A stretch of 58,990 nt of DNA, filler included. It is 4 parts of 4 records of this genome, joined end to end, with 100 filler letters (N's around TTAATTAATTAA, not from the genome) between each part and the next. Parts side by side here need not be neighbours in the genome. Positions count along the whole stretch, not along the records: positions 1 to 24,564 come from SRR22947725_1345; 3 more parts are not named here. The stretch is one strand, 5' to 3'. The position numbers and the translations under genes are program-made. The notes below the pieces were generated by a model, which searched no databases, was not told where the DNA came from, and saw only the letters and a program-made list of their open reading frames with translations. Every line of letters starts with the position of its first letter. Within the stretch, counting starts at the first letter, position 1. This document shows, piece by piece, positions 9,185 through 18,083 of the stretch.

Positions 9185-10123
9185 ATGAAATATTATATGC
9201 CTCCAGAGGCAGATGAATGTCTTCATCTTGTAAAAGAGGAATTTGCAAGAAGTTTTGATATAGAAGAATCATTCATATCTGATTGGCTTAAACATCACAA
9301 TAAGTCGAAAGGAAAGTGGATAAGGGCCCGTTTGGCACTTGCTTCAGGTGGCTTGCTAGGGCTTTCAAGTCAAACGTATATCAAATGGGCAGTTGTGTGT
9401 GAACTGATTCATAGTGCCTCCCTTTTGCATGACGATATATGTGATAAAGACTCAATGAGGCGAGGAAAAAAGTCTCTCTGGAAAGAGTTCGGTATACCTG
9501 CAGCTGTTTGTACGGGAGATTACTTAATTGCAGAGTCATTTAGAAAAATTACTGAAATAGAGCAAGGGTGGCATCAAAATATCCTATTAAAACTACTATC
9601 ATGCTCAGTAAAAGAGATAATATTTGGCCAATCACTAGACGTCAGTTTAGATCATTTAACGCTAACTAAAGATCAGTGTCGAAAGATAGCTATTGATAAA
9701 ACTGCTCCATTAATCGCGTTACCTATGATGGGTATGTTTCGCTGCAAGGAGCTCACAGAAGATGAATGTGTTGCCCTAAAAGAGATCTCAAACGAACTTG
9801 GTTTTGCTTATCAATATTTAAACGATATAGAAAATATAATCGGCTTTGAGCAGGAAATATCGTCAGATTTTCTAAAGGGTCATCCAAATTTTATGGTGAT
9901 TCGAATACTTGAGAATTTATCAGCTCTAGAGAAAAAAGTCGTATTTAAACAGCCAAGCAAATTTAATGATTTTATTTCTGAAAGAAATTTTATTCAGTCA
10001 CAAGAAGAGATAGTCGCTATATTAAAAAATGCTATGTTAAATAATCATCGATTACCTATAATTATTCAACCAATCATCGAGTCACTAAAAGATGAAATAA
10101 TTAAAAGGCTTAACTTGATATGA
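9185..10123 (+). CDS. crtE: Polyprenyl (geranylgeranyl) diphosphate synthase
   Basis: Motifs GKWIR, ELIHSASLLHDDICDKDSMRRG, GQSLD and DKTA. First gene of the crt-blh cluster. ATG 9185 follows GAGAGG, whereas the ORF-track start at 9146 lies inside the terminator. Confidence 0.85.
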   Translation: MKYYMPPEADECLHLVKEEFARSFDIEESFISDWLKHHNKSKGKWIRARLALASGGLLGLSSQTYIKWAVVCELIHSASLLHDDICDKDSMRRGKKSLWKEFGIPAAVCTGDYLIAESFRKITEIEQGWHQNILLKLLSCSVKEIIFGQSLDVSLDHLTLTKDQCRKIAIDKTAPLIALPMMGMFRCKELTEDECVALKEISNELGFAYQYLNDIENIIGFEQEISSDFLKGHPNFMVIRILENLSALEKKVVFKQPSKFNDFISERNFIQSQEEIVAILKNAMLNNHRLPIIIQPIIESLKDEIIKRLNLI

Positions 10124-11589
10124 AAAGAGTTGCTATTATCGGAGGAGGTTTTGGTGGCATTGCTGCCGCGATCAGATTGAGAGCAAGAGGGAATAAGGTA
10201 ACCATATATGAACGTCTAGATAAATTAGGGGGCAGGGCACAAGTTTTCCAAAGAAATGGCTATCTCCATGATGCTGGACCTACTGTAATAACAGCGCCTA
10301 ATCTATTTTATGAGCTATTTGAATTATTTGATGAAAGCTTAGAAGATCATCTTGAGTTCAAACCCTTAAACACTTGGTATAGATTCCATTTCAACGATCA
10401 AACAGAGTTTGATTATGGATCCGATCGAGAAAAAATGCTTAGCCAAATTGAAGAATTATCTCCTGAGGATGTTTCAGGCTACTTAGACATGCTCAAAGAA
10501 TCAAAAGAAATATTTAAGCTCGGATACGAAAAGTTAGCGGGACATCCATTTCACAGACTAACAACAATGCTCCGTTATGCCCCAGATATTATCAAAATGA
10601 AAGGCTACCGTTCTGTTTATACCTTTGTATCTAAACATATAAAGCACCCAAATCTACGTCAAGCATTTTCAATTCAACCACTCCTAGTTGGAGGCAATCC
10701 TTTTACAACATCCTCGATATACTCACTTATTCATGCGCTAGAACAAAAATGGGGTATTTTCTTTTGTATGGGCGGGACAGGAAAACTTGTACTTGAACTT
10801 GAAAAATTAATGTTAAGGAACGGCATTGAGATAAATTATTCATGTGATGTGAGTCATTTTTCTACATCAAAAAAATTAATTACAAGAGTCAACTTTACAA
10901 ATGAAGAAAGCAAGGAATTTGATTATATTGTAAGTAATGCTGACCCAATACAAGTATCCAAAGAATTGCTAAAGAATGAAAAAATATCTCTTCATAATCG
11001 ACTAATAAATAAATATGCGAAGCACTCGATGGGCTTATTTGTATTATTTTTTGGGTCAACAAAATGCTATGAAAATGTTGCTCATCATACGATTTGGATG
11101 GGTCCTAGATACAAAGAGTTACTTGAAGATATATTTGACAACCATCATTTATCAGAGGATTTTTCTATATATCTTCACAGGCCTACCTGTACAGATAAAT
11201 CTTTCGCTCCAGATAAACATGATAGCTTCTATGCACTTGTGCCAGTTCCAAATCTTAAAGGTGGGCAAAATTGGTCTGCAATAAAAGAAGAATTCTCCAA
11301 AAGAATTTTAGGTGCTCTAGACAAGACAATCATGCCGGGTATTAATGACAATGCTAGAGAAATTTTTTGTATGACCCCTGAAGATTTTAAAACTAACTAC
11401 AGAACACCATTCGGAAGTGGATTTTCCATCGCACCAATCTTAACTCAGTCTGCGTGGTTCAGGACACACAATCAAGACGATAGATATAAAAATTTATTCT
11501 ATGTAGGAGCCGGCACCCATCCTGGAGCAGGAGTTCCCGGAGTCATAAATTCAGCGAAAGTAGTAGAAAGAATTCTTTATCATGACTAA
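10120..11589 (+). CDS. crtI: Phytoene desaturase
   Basis: FAD motif IIGGGFGG, DAGPTVIT, QSAWFR and YVGAGTHPGAGVPGV. ATGA overlap with crtE. Confidence 0.96.
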   Translation: MKRVAIIGGGFGGIAAAIRLRARGNKVTIYERLDKLGGRAQVFQRNGYLHDAGPTVITAPNLFYELFELFDESLEDHLEFKPLNTWYRFHFNDQTEFDYGSDREKMLSQIEELSPEDVSGYLDMLKESKEIFKLGYEKLAGHPFHRLTTMLRYAPDIIKMKGYRSVYTFVSKHIKHPNLRQAFSIQPLLVGGNPFTTSSIYSLIHALEQKWGIFFCMGGTGKLVLELEKLMLRNGIEINYSCDVSHFSTSKKLITRVNFTNEESKEFDYIVSNADPIQVSKELLKNEKISLHNRLINKYAKHSMGLFVLFFGSTKCYENVAHHTIWMGPRYKELLEDIFDNHHLSEDFSIYLHRPTCTDKSFAPDKHDSFYALVPVPNLKGGQNWSAIKEEFSKRILGALDKTIMPGINDNAREIFCMTPEDFKTNYRTPFGSGFSIAPILTQSAWFRTHNQDDRYKNLFYVGAGTHPGAGVPGVINSAKVVERILYHD

Positions 11590-12469
11590 TTATTCCCATG
11601 TGATGAAGAATCATGGAAAAACTTTTTTTTGGGCTACAGCATTTCTCGAAAAGAAAACTGCTAATAATTTATACTCGGTATACGCATTTTGCCGCCGTAT
11701 TGATGATTTGATAGATAAAAATCCAAACCATGACACCTCATACAAAGATTTTTTTACGGCAAAAAATGCATGGGATAAAAATAAATATACCGATGCATTT
11801 GATGAGCTAAAAAATATAGATAAAGAGTTTTTACCAAGGGAAGATATTCTTAAAGAATTCTTTATAGGGCAAACGAGCGATATTACCCATAAACAACCTG
11901 ATAATATCAGTGAACTTCTTATTTATTGCTATCGAGTAGCTGGTGCTGTTGGTCTGATGGTTTGCGACGTCTTAGGAATTAAAGATCCACGCTTAAAATA
12001 TTTTGCTATTGATCTAGGTATTGCAATGCAGCTCACGAATATATGCCGTGATATAAATGAAGATGCTTTGATAAATAGGGTTTATTTACCAAAAGATATG
12101 ATCAATATAGAGCTTGAAAATTACAAAAACCCGACAAAAGAAGAGATAAAAAAAATTAATTCAGCAAGAAATGCTTTATTGAGTTTGGCAAATAAATATT
12201 ACAAGAGTGGGGAAAAGGGTATAGCTCATCTACCATCTAGAACAGCAAGAGCGGTTCTCATTGCATCAAGGCTTTATCAAAATATAGGGATAAAAATTTT
12301 AAATAGAGAAGTTTCTTATGAATCATATCGAGTTTATCTGAATGTATTTGAAAAACTGCTCATAACAATAAAGTTAATATTTAAACCAAATATAAAGAAA
12401 AATATTGAAAATCATAATGAAGTGTTACATTCATCTTTAATAAAACTTCCTGATGTCCATATAAAATGA
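11582..12469 (+). CDS. crtB: Phytoene synthase
   Basis: Motifs GKTFFWA, YAFCRRIDDLID, YCYRVAGAVG and LGIAMQLTNICRDINED..RVYLP. Confidence 0.95.
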   Translation: MTNYSHVMKNHGKTFFWATAFLEKKTANNLYSVYAFCRRIDDLIDKNPNHDTSYKDFFTAKNAWDKNKYTDAFDELKNIDKEFLPREDILKEFFIGQTSDITHKQPDNISELLIYCYRVAGAVGLMVCDVLGIKDPRLKYFAIDLGIAMQLTNICRDINEDALINRVYLPKDMINIELENYKNPTKEEIKKINSARNALLSLANKYYKSGEKGIAHLPSRTARAVLIASRLYQNIGIKILNREVSYESYRVYLNVFEKLLITIKLIFKPNIKKNIENHNEVLHSSLIKLPDVHIK

Positions 12470-13599
12470 AAAAAATATACGATTTAATAGTAATCGGAGC
12501 AGGGTTGTCGAGCCTAATGTTTTTGAAGCAATACCTAAAAAAAACTAATGATCAAAAAATTCTTCTGCTCGAACAAAAAGATAGTATTAATAGTGATCAA
12601 ACATTTTGTGTTTGGGAAGGGCCAGGGCTACCGAATGTTACAGATGAGTTTCAATTAAACCCAAAGAAAATTTGGAAAAAAATAGTTTTAAATAGTCTTA
12701 ACTATGAAATCAAAAGAGATACCCAGCTATACAGCTATGTTTGTTTTGATGGTAAAGAAGCACTCGAAAGCTTATCCAGCTCATGTAATGAGAAAGTTAC
12801 AACTATAAAAAATGAAAAGGTCACTCAAATAGTCAGTGAAAACAATATTCAAGTTGTTACCACTAACAGTAACACTCATTTCGGTAAAATCATTGTTGAT
12901 AGTAGAAATAATATTAAACAGCAAGAAATAAAATCACCATTAATTCATCAAGCTTTCGTCGGGAGCGAAATAGAACTTACAAAAGAACGATTTAATCCTG
13001 ATGAAGTGACACTGATGTCATTTATAAGAAAGAAAAATCAGATTGAATTCGTATATATACTACCTTTTACAAAAAAGAGGGCACTTGTTGAAACAACAGT
13101 TTTTTCAATAGAACCTGAGCTTAAAGCTATAAAAAATACACATAAAGAAATCCTCAAAACCTATGAGCCTTACAAAGTAATAAGGCAAGAAAAGGCAATT
13201 ATCCCTATGGCTGTTATTTCTCCGGTTAGAGAAAAAGGAATACTCAAGATTGGTATAGGGGGAGGAATGATGAGAGCCTCTTCAGGTTATTCAATGAGGA
13301 GGATTGCTAATTGGGCAATCAAGATGGGGGATTACAGGCTAAATGAAAATAATATCTCTACATTCAGGTATCACTCTAATAAGTGGTTAAATTACCTCGA
13401 TAAAATCTTCTTAAATGTTATCCTCAAATACCCAGAAAAAGGTCCATATTTGTTCATGATGCTATTTAGGCGAGCAAAAATGCCCCCATTAATAAGATTC
13501 CTATCAGATAAACCATCGGGTGCTGATTTAATAAATATACTATTGTGTATGCCTAAAAGGCTAATGCTGAAAGGTTTAGCAAAAAAGAAAAATGACTAA
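12466..13599 (+). CDS. crtY: Lycopene beta-cyclase
   Basis: N-terminal IGAGLS Rossmann motif, FVYILPF..RALVETT and E.AIIPM; positioned between crtB and blh. Confidence 0.88.
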   Translation: MKKIYDLIVIGAGLSSLMFLKQYLKKTNDQKILLLEQKDSINSDQTFCVWEGPGLPNVTDEFQLNPKKIWKKIVLNSLNYEIKRDTQLYSYVCFDGKEALESLSSSCNEKVTTIKNEKVTQIVSENNIQVVTTNSNTHFGKIIVDSRNNIKQQEIKSPLIHQAFVGSEIELTKERFNPDEVTLMSFIRKKNQIEFVYILPFTKKRALVETTVFSIEPELKAIKNTHKEILKTYEPYKVIRQEKAIIPMAVISPVREKGILKIGIGGGMMRASSGYSMRRIANWAIKMGDYRLNENNISTFRYHSNKWLNYLDKIFLNVILKYPEKGPYLFMMLFRRAKMPPLIRFLSDKPSGADLINILLCMPKRLMLKGLAKKKND

Positions 13600-14488
13600 A
13601 GTTAATAAACATCAAATTTATTTCATTATTTTTTCCGCGATAACAATTCTCCTATGCGCTATGTCTGGCATTCTTATGATAAACAAGCCAGAAGTTAAAC
13701 TAAATATAAGCATAATAATGGTTATTTCTATGAGCCTTATAGGTACTATAGGTATAGCACATGGTGCACTAGATGGGAAAATTATATGGAAGCATTCAGC
13801 TCGAACAAGTGCTAGGATAAAGTTATATTTACTTTATATACTCTTTACTTCAAGTGGTGCGTTAATTTGGTTTTTTTATCCATTTGGTGGGTTAGTTTTA
13901 CTACTGATAATGTCATCAGTACATTTTGGCGTATCTGATTTAAAGTTCATAAATGAAATGAATTTTGCTTCTAAGGTTTGCTGGGGTGTTGCTATGGCAT
14001 TCTTGCCGATAGCCTTCAAACCAAATTTAGTAATATCTCTATTTTACGATTTAACACAAGTTAGGATACAACCAGAAACATTTGGTGCTATAAATATTAT
14101 AGTATTAATTTGTATAATCAATTTTTGTGTAAGTTTGTATAAAATTGCACAAGAGAGGAAAAAGAAAGGGAAGAATATATTTGAGTTAAAGCTGTTGAGT
14201 GCTGAAATGACGGTATTAATTTGTCTAGCTTATTTCTTAAGCCCACTTATCTGGTTCTCGATATATTTTTGTGGATTACACGGTATACGAGCACTTATAG
14301 ATAGTGATTTTAGGATATTTCCGGATATATTATGGTTGACACTATTTACTGCGCCTATTTCAATAATAATCTTTTTATTCAAATGGGAATATAGTCTAAA
14401 TAGCCTATTAATTATCTTTCCGGTATTAGCAAGTTTGACCATTGCGCACATGCTTCTACCTAAATTAAGAGAAATTGTAAAACCTTAG
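13592..14488 (+). CDS. blh: Beta-carotene 15,15'-dioxygenase (Brp/Blh family)
   Basis: Membrane protein with His motifs GIAHGALD, SVHFG, FCGLHG and LTIAH; last gene of the retinal cluster. Confidence 0.9.
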   Translation: MTKVNKHQIYFIIFSAITILLCAMSGILMINKPEVKLNISIIMVISMSLIGTIGIAHGALDGKIIWKHSARTSARIKLYLLYILFTSSGALIWFFYPFGGLVLLLIMSSVHFGVSDLKFINEMNFASKVCWGVAMAFLPIAFKPNLVISLFYDLTQVRIQPETFGAINIIVLICIINFCVSLYKIAQERKKKGKNIFELKLLSAEMTVLICLAYFLSPLIWFSIYFCGLHGIRALIDSDFRIFPDILWLTLFTAPISIIIFLFKWEYSLNSLLIIFPVLASLTIAHMLLPKLREIVKP

Positions 14489-14499
14489 AAAAAAATATT

Positions 14500-15153
14500 T
14501 TAGTCTGGCTGTTTAATGTATCTCAAATAGGCTAGTTTTTTATCAATTAATCCGTATTTGTTTGCAGCGTCGTCATCGCTTATAGATAAAGGAATAATAA
14601 CATCTTGACCGTTAAGCCAATTTGCTGGGGTAGCTATAATATGTTTATCAGTTAACTGTATAGCGTCTAAGGCTCTTAAAATCTCAGAAAAATTTCGGCC
14701 TACAGCCATAGGGTAAGAGAGTGTTAACCTTATTTTTTTGTCTGGTCCTATTATAAATACGGTTCTTACAGTGGCGCTATCCTGAGCTGTTCGTCCGTCA
14801 GGCAAATACGCGTCTGAAGGGAACATGTTGTAGAGTTTTGAAACAGTCAAAGAGGTATCTTCGATAATAGGGAAGGCAACTTTAGTGGATGATATAGACT
14901 CAATATCTTCCTTCCATTTTATATGATCTTCAATGCTATCTACAGACACTCCGATGACTTTAGTATTTCTATTTTTAAACTCTAACGACAGGGCTGCTAA
15001 AACTGAGAATTCTGTTGTACAGACTGGTGTGAAATCTTTCGGGTGTGAGAACAGAATAGCGTAGCTTTTACCAATCCACTTATGGAACTTAATTAGGCCA
15101 TCTGTAGAATTAGACTCGAAGTTAGGAGCAATATCATTTATAAGTAGAGACAT
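14500..15153 (-). CDS. 1-Cys peroxiredoxin (Prx6 family)
   Basis: Peroxidatic motif FSHPKDFTPVCTTE, plus GRNFSEILRALDA and ATPANW. GAGG RBS lies upstream of ATG 15153/15156. Confidence 0.93.
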   Translation of the reverse strand: MSLLINDIAPNFESNSTDGLIKFHKWIGKSYAILFSHPKDFTPVCTTEFSVLAALSLEFKNRNTKVIGVSVDSIEDHIKWKEDIESISSTKVAFPIIEDTSLTVSKLYNMFPSDAYLPDGRTAQDSATVRTVFIIGPDKKIRLTLSYPMAVGRNFSEILRALDAIQLTDKHIIATPANWLNGQDVIIPLSISDDDAANKYGLIDKKLAYLRYIKQPD

Positions 15154-15260
15154 CATGATCCTCATTTAATATTAAATTTATTAATTTTAGATTTGTTGAA
15201 CGAAGTATAACAAATAATCGGTAGTTTAAATTTTAATAAAAAATATTATATCAAGTTTTA

Positions 15261-15288
15261 ATTTAACATAATATACATTATGCGCAGT
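15261..15288 (-). other. dif: dif site (XerC/XerD chromosome dimer resolution site)
   Basis: Minus strand reads ACTGCGCATAA-TGTATA-TTATGTTAAAT versus E. coli dif GGTGCGCATAA-TGTATA-TTATGTTAAAT: 26/28 identical, with a perfect XerD arm and spacer. It is intergenic, and gene orientation converges here. Confidence 0.93.
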
Positions 15289-15291
15289 TAT

Positions 15292-16662
15292 TTATTTAAG
15301 TGTCACGAACTCTTCCGCTGCGGTTGGGTGTATAGCGATTGTATTATCAAAGTCTTTTTTGGTAGCACCGGACTTGATTGCTATAGCTAAGCCCTGAATT
15401 ATTTCTCCTGCATGATCACCAACCATATGGCAACCGACTACCTTGTTAGTACTTTTTACAACAATCAACTTCATAAAGACTTTCGTTAAGGCGCCCCCTA
15501 ATGTCTGTTTCATCGGTTTAAAGTGGGTTTTATATATTTGTAGATCATCCTGAAACTTAATTAAGGCTTCTTCCTCTGTATAACCAACTGAGGCTGAATT
15601 TGGTGTACTAAATATTGCTGTAGGTATATTGTAGTAATTAAAAAAAGGTTTCTTACCTTCAGTAAAATAAGCGGATAAAGCCATAGCCTCTGCAATTGCG
15701 ACAGGTGTTAACTCTTTTTTTCCTATTACATCACCCAAAGCAAATATACTTTTAATTGAGGTTCTGTAGTATTCATCAACCTTAATTGTACCGTCTCCAT
15801 TAAGAACTATATTTAACTCATCGAGCCATAATTTACTTATATTCGGTACTCTTCCAGTTGCGCACATGATTAGATCAGCCTGGATTTCACTACTAGATTT
15901 TATTTTAATTGAGTACTTATGCTGATTACTTTTTTTTGATAACTCAGTTAACATATTCTCATTTATAGACTCAACCTCTTTCGAGAAATATGTTTTAACA
16001 CCATGATTTATATATTCTTCTTTAATTTTATTTCTTATATCTATATCAAATCCTTTTAAAAACAAAGGACCTCGATGCATTAGGTGTGTGTCTACACCCA
16101 TCCCATTAAAGATCCCAGCAAATTCGACCGCTATATAGCCTCCGCCTACTATCAAAATCTTTTTTGGTAATGATTTTAAGAAAAAGGCTTCATTTGAGGT
16201 AATTGTGTGTTCGTTTCCTGGGAAATTAGGCACATATGGCTTTCCCCCAGTAGCAATTAATATATTTTTTGCACTATAGGTTTTTTTCTCAACCTTTACT
16301 GAATGTGGTCCAGTAATAAACGCACTACCCTTTATAATTTTTACGCCAGACTTTTCTAAAAGATTTTTATATATTCCATTTAGTCGACCTATTTCTTTAT
16401 TTTTATTTCTTATTAGCCTTTGCCATTCAAAGCTACTGCCCTCAATACTCCACCCGAAACCTTCGGATTCTTTAAATTTTTGACCATACTCCGATGCATA
16501 TACAAATAATTTTTTTGGTATACAACCAACGTTCACACAGGTACCACCAAGTTCTTGAGATTCTACTATTGCAACTTTCAGACCTTTGCTAGCACATATT
16601 CGCGCGCACCTAACACCACCAGACCCTGCTCCGATTATAAGAAGCTCATAATCATATCGCAT
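15292..16662 (-). CDS. gor: Glutathione-disulfide reductase
   Basis: GAGSGG, redox-active GGTCVNVGCIPKK, GGGYIAVEFA and C-terminal IHPTAAEEF. Confidence 0.95.
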   Translation of the reverse strand: MRYDYELLIIGAGSGGVRCARICASKGLKVAIVESQELGGTCVNVGCIPKKLFVYASEYGQKFKESEGFGWSIEGSSFEWQRLIRNKNKEIGRLNGIYKNLLEKSGVKIIKGSAFITGPHSVKVEKKTYSAKNILIATGGKPYVPNFPGNEHTITSNEAFFLKSLPKKILIVGGGYIAVEFAGIFNGMGVDTHLMHRGPLFLKGFDIDIRNKIKEEYINHGVKTYFSKEVESINENMLTELSKKSNQHKYSIKIKSSSEIQADLIMCATGRVPNISKLWLDELNIVLNGDGTIKVDEYYRTSIKSIFALGDVIGKKELTPVAIAEAMALSAYFTEGKKPFFNYYNIPTAIFSTPNSASVGYTEEEALIKFQDDLQIYKTHFKPMKQTLGGALTKVFMKLIVVKSTNKVVGCHMVGDHAGEIIQGLAIAIKSGATKKDFDNTIAIHPTAAEEFVTLK

Positions 16663-16672
16663 AAAAGTTACC

Positions 16673-18061
16673 TCAGTTATTTTTTGATTTAAACCATGAC
16701 AATTTTTCTTGTAACAACACTACTGAACCAATAATAATTAATGTTGGGGCTTTAGCACCTGCAGCTCTGACCATCTTCGGTAATCCCTGAAGGTCGGAAA
16801 CATAAGTTTTTTGATTTCTAGTAGTACCCTTTTCTATTAATGCAGCTGGAGTATCTGCATTCATACCAAATAGTATTAATTTTTCACAGATTATTTCTAG
16901 CCCATTCAAACCCATATAGAAAACTAAAGTTTGATTTGGTGCGGTTAGCTCCAACCAATTGAGATCTAAATAATTATTTTTCTGATGACCCGCTATAAAA
17001 CGAACTGACTGCGCATAATCCCTATGAGTTAAAGGTATTCCTGCATAACTTGCACAACCCGAAGCAGCGGTTATACCTGGTACCACTTGAAACGGAATAC
17101 CACAATCTCTTAAGTGCTCTATCTCTTCACCACCGCGACCAAATATGAACGGATCTCCACCTTTTAAGCGTAAAACACGATTTCCTGTTTCTGCATATTC
17201 AACTAATTTTTTATTGATATTTTCTTGCGTTACAGGATGATCACCTGCTGTTTTTCCTACGAACACTAGCTCGGCATCTCTTCGAACAAGAGCTAAGACC
17301 TCTTTTGATACTAGTCTATCATATAAGACTATATCTGCTTTTTGCATTAACCTTAATGCTCTAAAAGTCAATAAATCTGGATCTCCTGGCCCCCCACCTA
17401 CGAGATAAACTTCACCTAAATTTTTAGGTACATCATCTTCAATTTTCTTCTGAAGTTTAGCTTCTGCGACAAGATTTTTTTCTGCATACACCAACTCTGG
17501 TATTTCACTAGAAAATATCTCTTCCCAAAAAGCTTTACGGCTATTCGAATCAATAATTTTTTTCTTCACAAGTGGGCGAAATTTGCGGGCTAAATCGGCT
17601 AACCTGCCAAATCCTGACGGTATGATACTTTCTAATTTTGTTCTTAACATTCTTACTAAAACGGGAGCGGCTCCCCCGCTACTTATAGCTATCAATATTG
17701 GGTTTCTATCTACAATAGAAGGGAAAATAACTGTACATAATTCTGGTTGATCGACTACATTCACTGGAATATTTAAGGATTTAGCGTGGCTGGATACCTG
17801 GATATTAATCTTTTTTTTATTTGTAGCAGAAATGACTAGACAAGCATCTTTTAAGTCATTGTTTTCAAAAGGTTTAATGTATAACTTTATGGAATGTTTT
17901 TTTGCGAGGTCTTGGATTCTACTATCGATATCGGGTGCAATAATATCTATTATTGCACCCGCCTCTAACAATGGACGAATTTTTCTCAGCGCTATAGAGC
18001 CTGCCCCAACAACCACGCAGCGTCTATTTTTTATATTGTGAAATAAAGGTAAAAAGTCCAT
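16673..18061 (-). CDS. cysG: Siroheme synthase (multifunctional)
   Basis: N-terminal dehydrogenase/chelatase part (VVGAG, VNVVDQPE) fused to a methyltransferase part (VGGGPGDPDLLT, RLKGGDPFIFGRGGEE). Confidence 0.95.
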   Translation of the reverse strand: MDFLPLFHNIKNRRCVVVGAGSIALRKIRPLLEAGAIIDIIAPDIDSRIQDLAKKHSIKLYIKPFENNDLKDACLVISATNKKKINIQVSSHAKSLNIPVNVVDQPELCTVIFPSIVDRNPILIAISSGGAAPVLVRMLRTKLESIIPSGFGRLADLARKFRPLVKKKIIDSNSRKAFWEEIFSSEIPELVYAEKNLVAEAKLQKKIEDDVPKNLGEVYLVGGGPGDPDLLTFRALRLMQKADIVLYDRLVSKEVLALVRRDAELVFVGKTAGDHPVTQENINKKLVEYAETGNRVLRLKGGDPFIFGRGGEEIEHLRDCGIPFQVVPGITAASGCASYAGIPLTHRDYAQSVRFIAGHQKNNYLDLNWLELTAPNQTLVFYMGLNGLEIICEKLILFGMNADTPAALIEKGTTRNQKTYVSDLQGLPKMVRAAGAKAPTLIIIGSVVLLQEKLSWFKSKNN

Positions 18062-18083
18062 ATGTCCAATGTAACTTTATTTA

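Noticed and set aside
15229-15256. dif-like ATAA-N6-TTAT arrangement (AATTTTAATAA-AAAATA-TTATATCAAGT) 4 bp from the real dif, in inverted orientation
   Set aside because: Only 8/11 to the XerD arm, a poor XerC arm and a different spacer, in extremely AT-rich DNA. It could be chance and needs PWM scoring.
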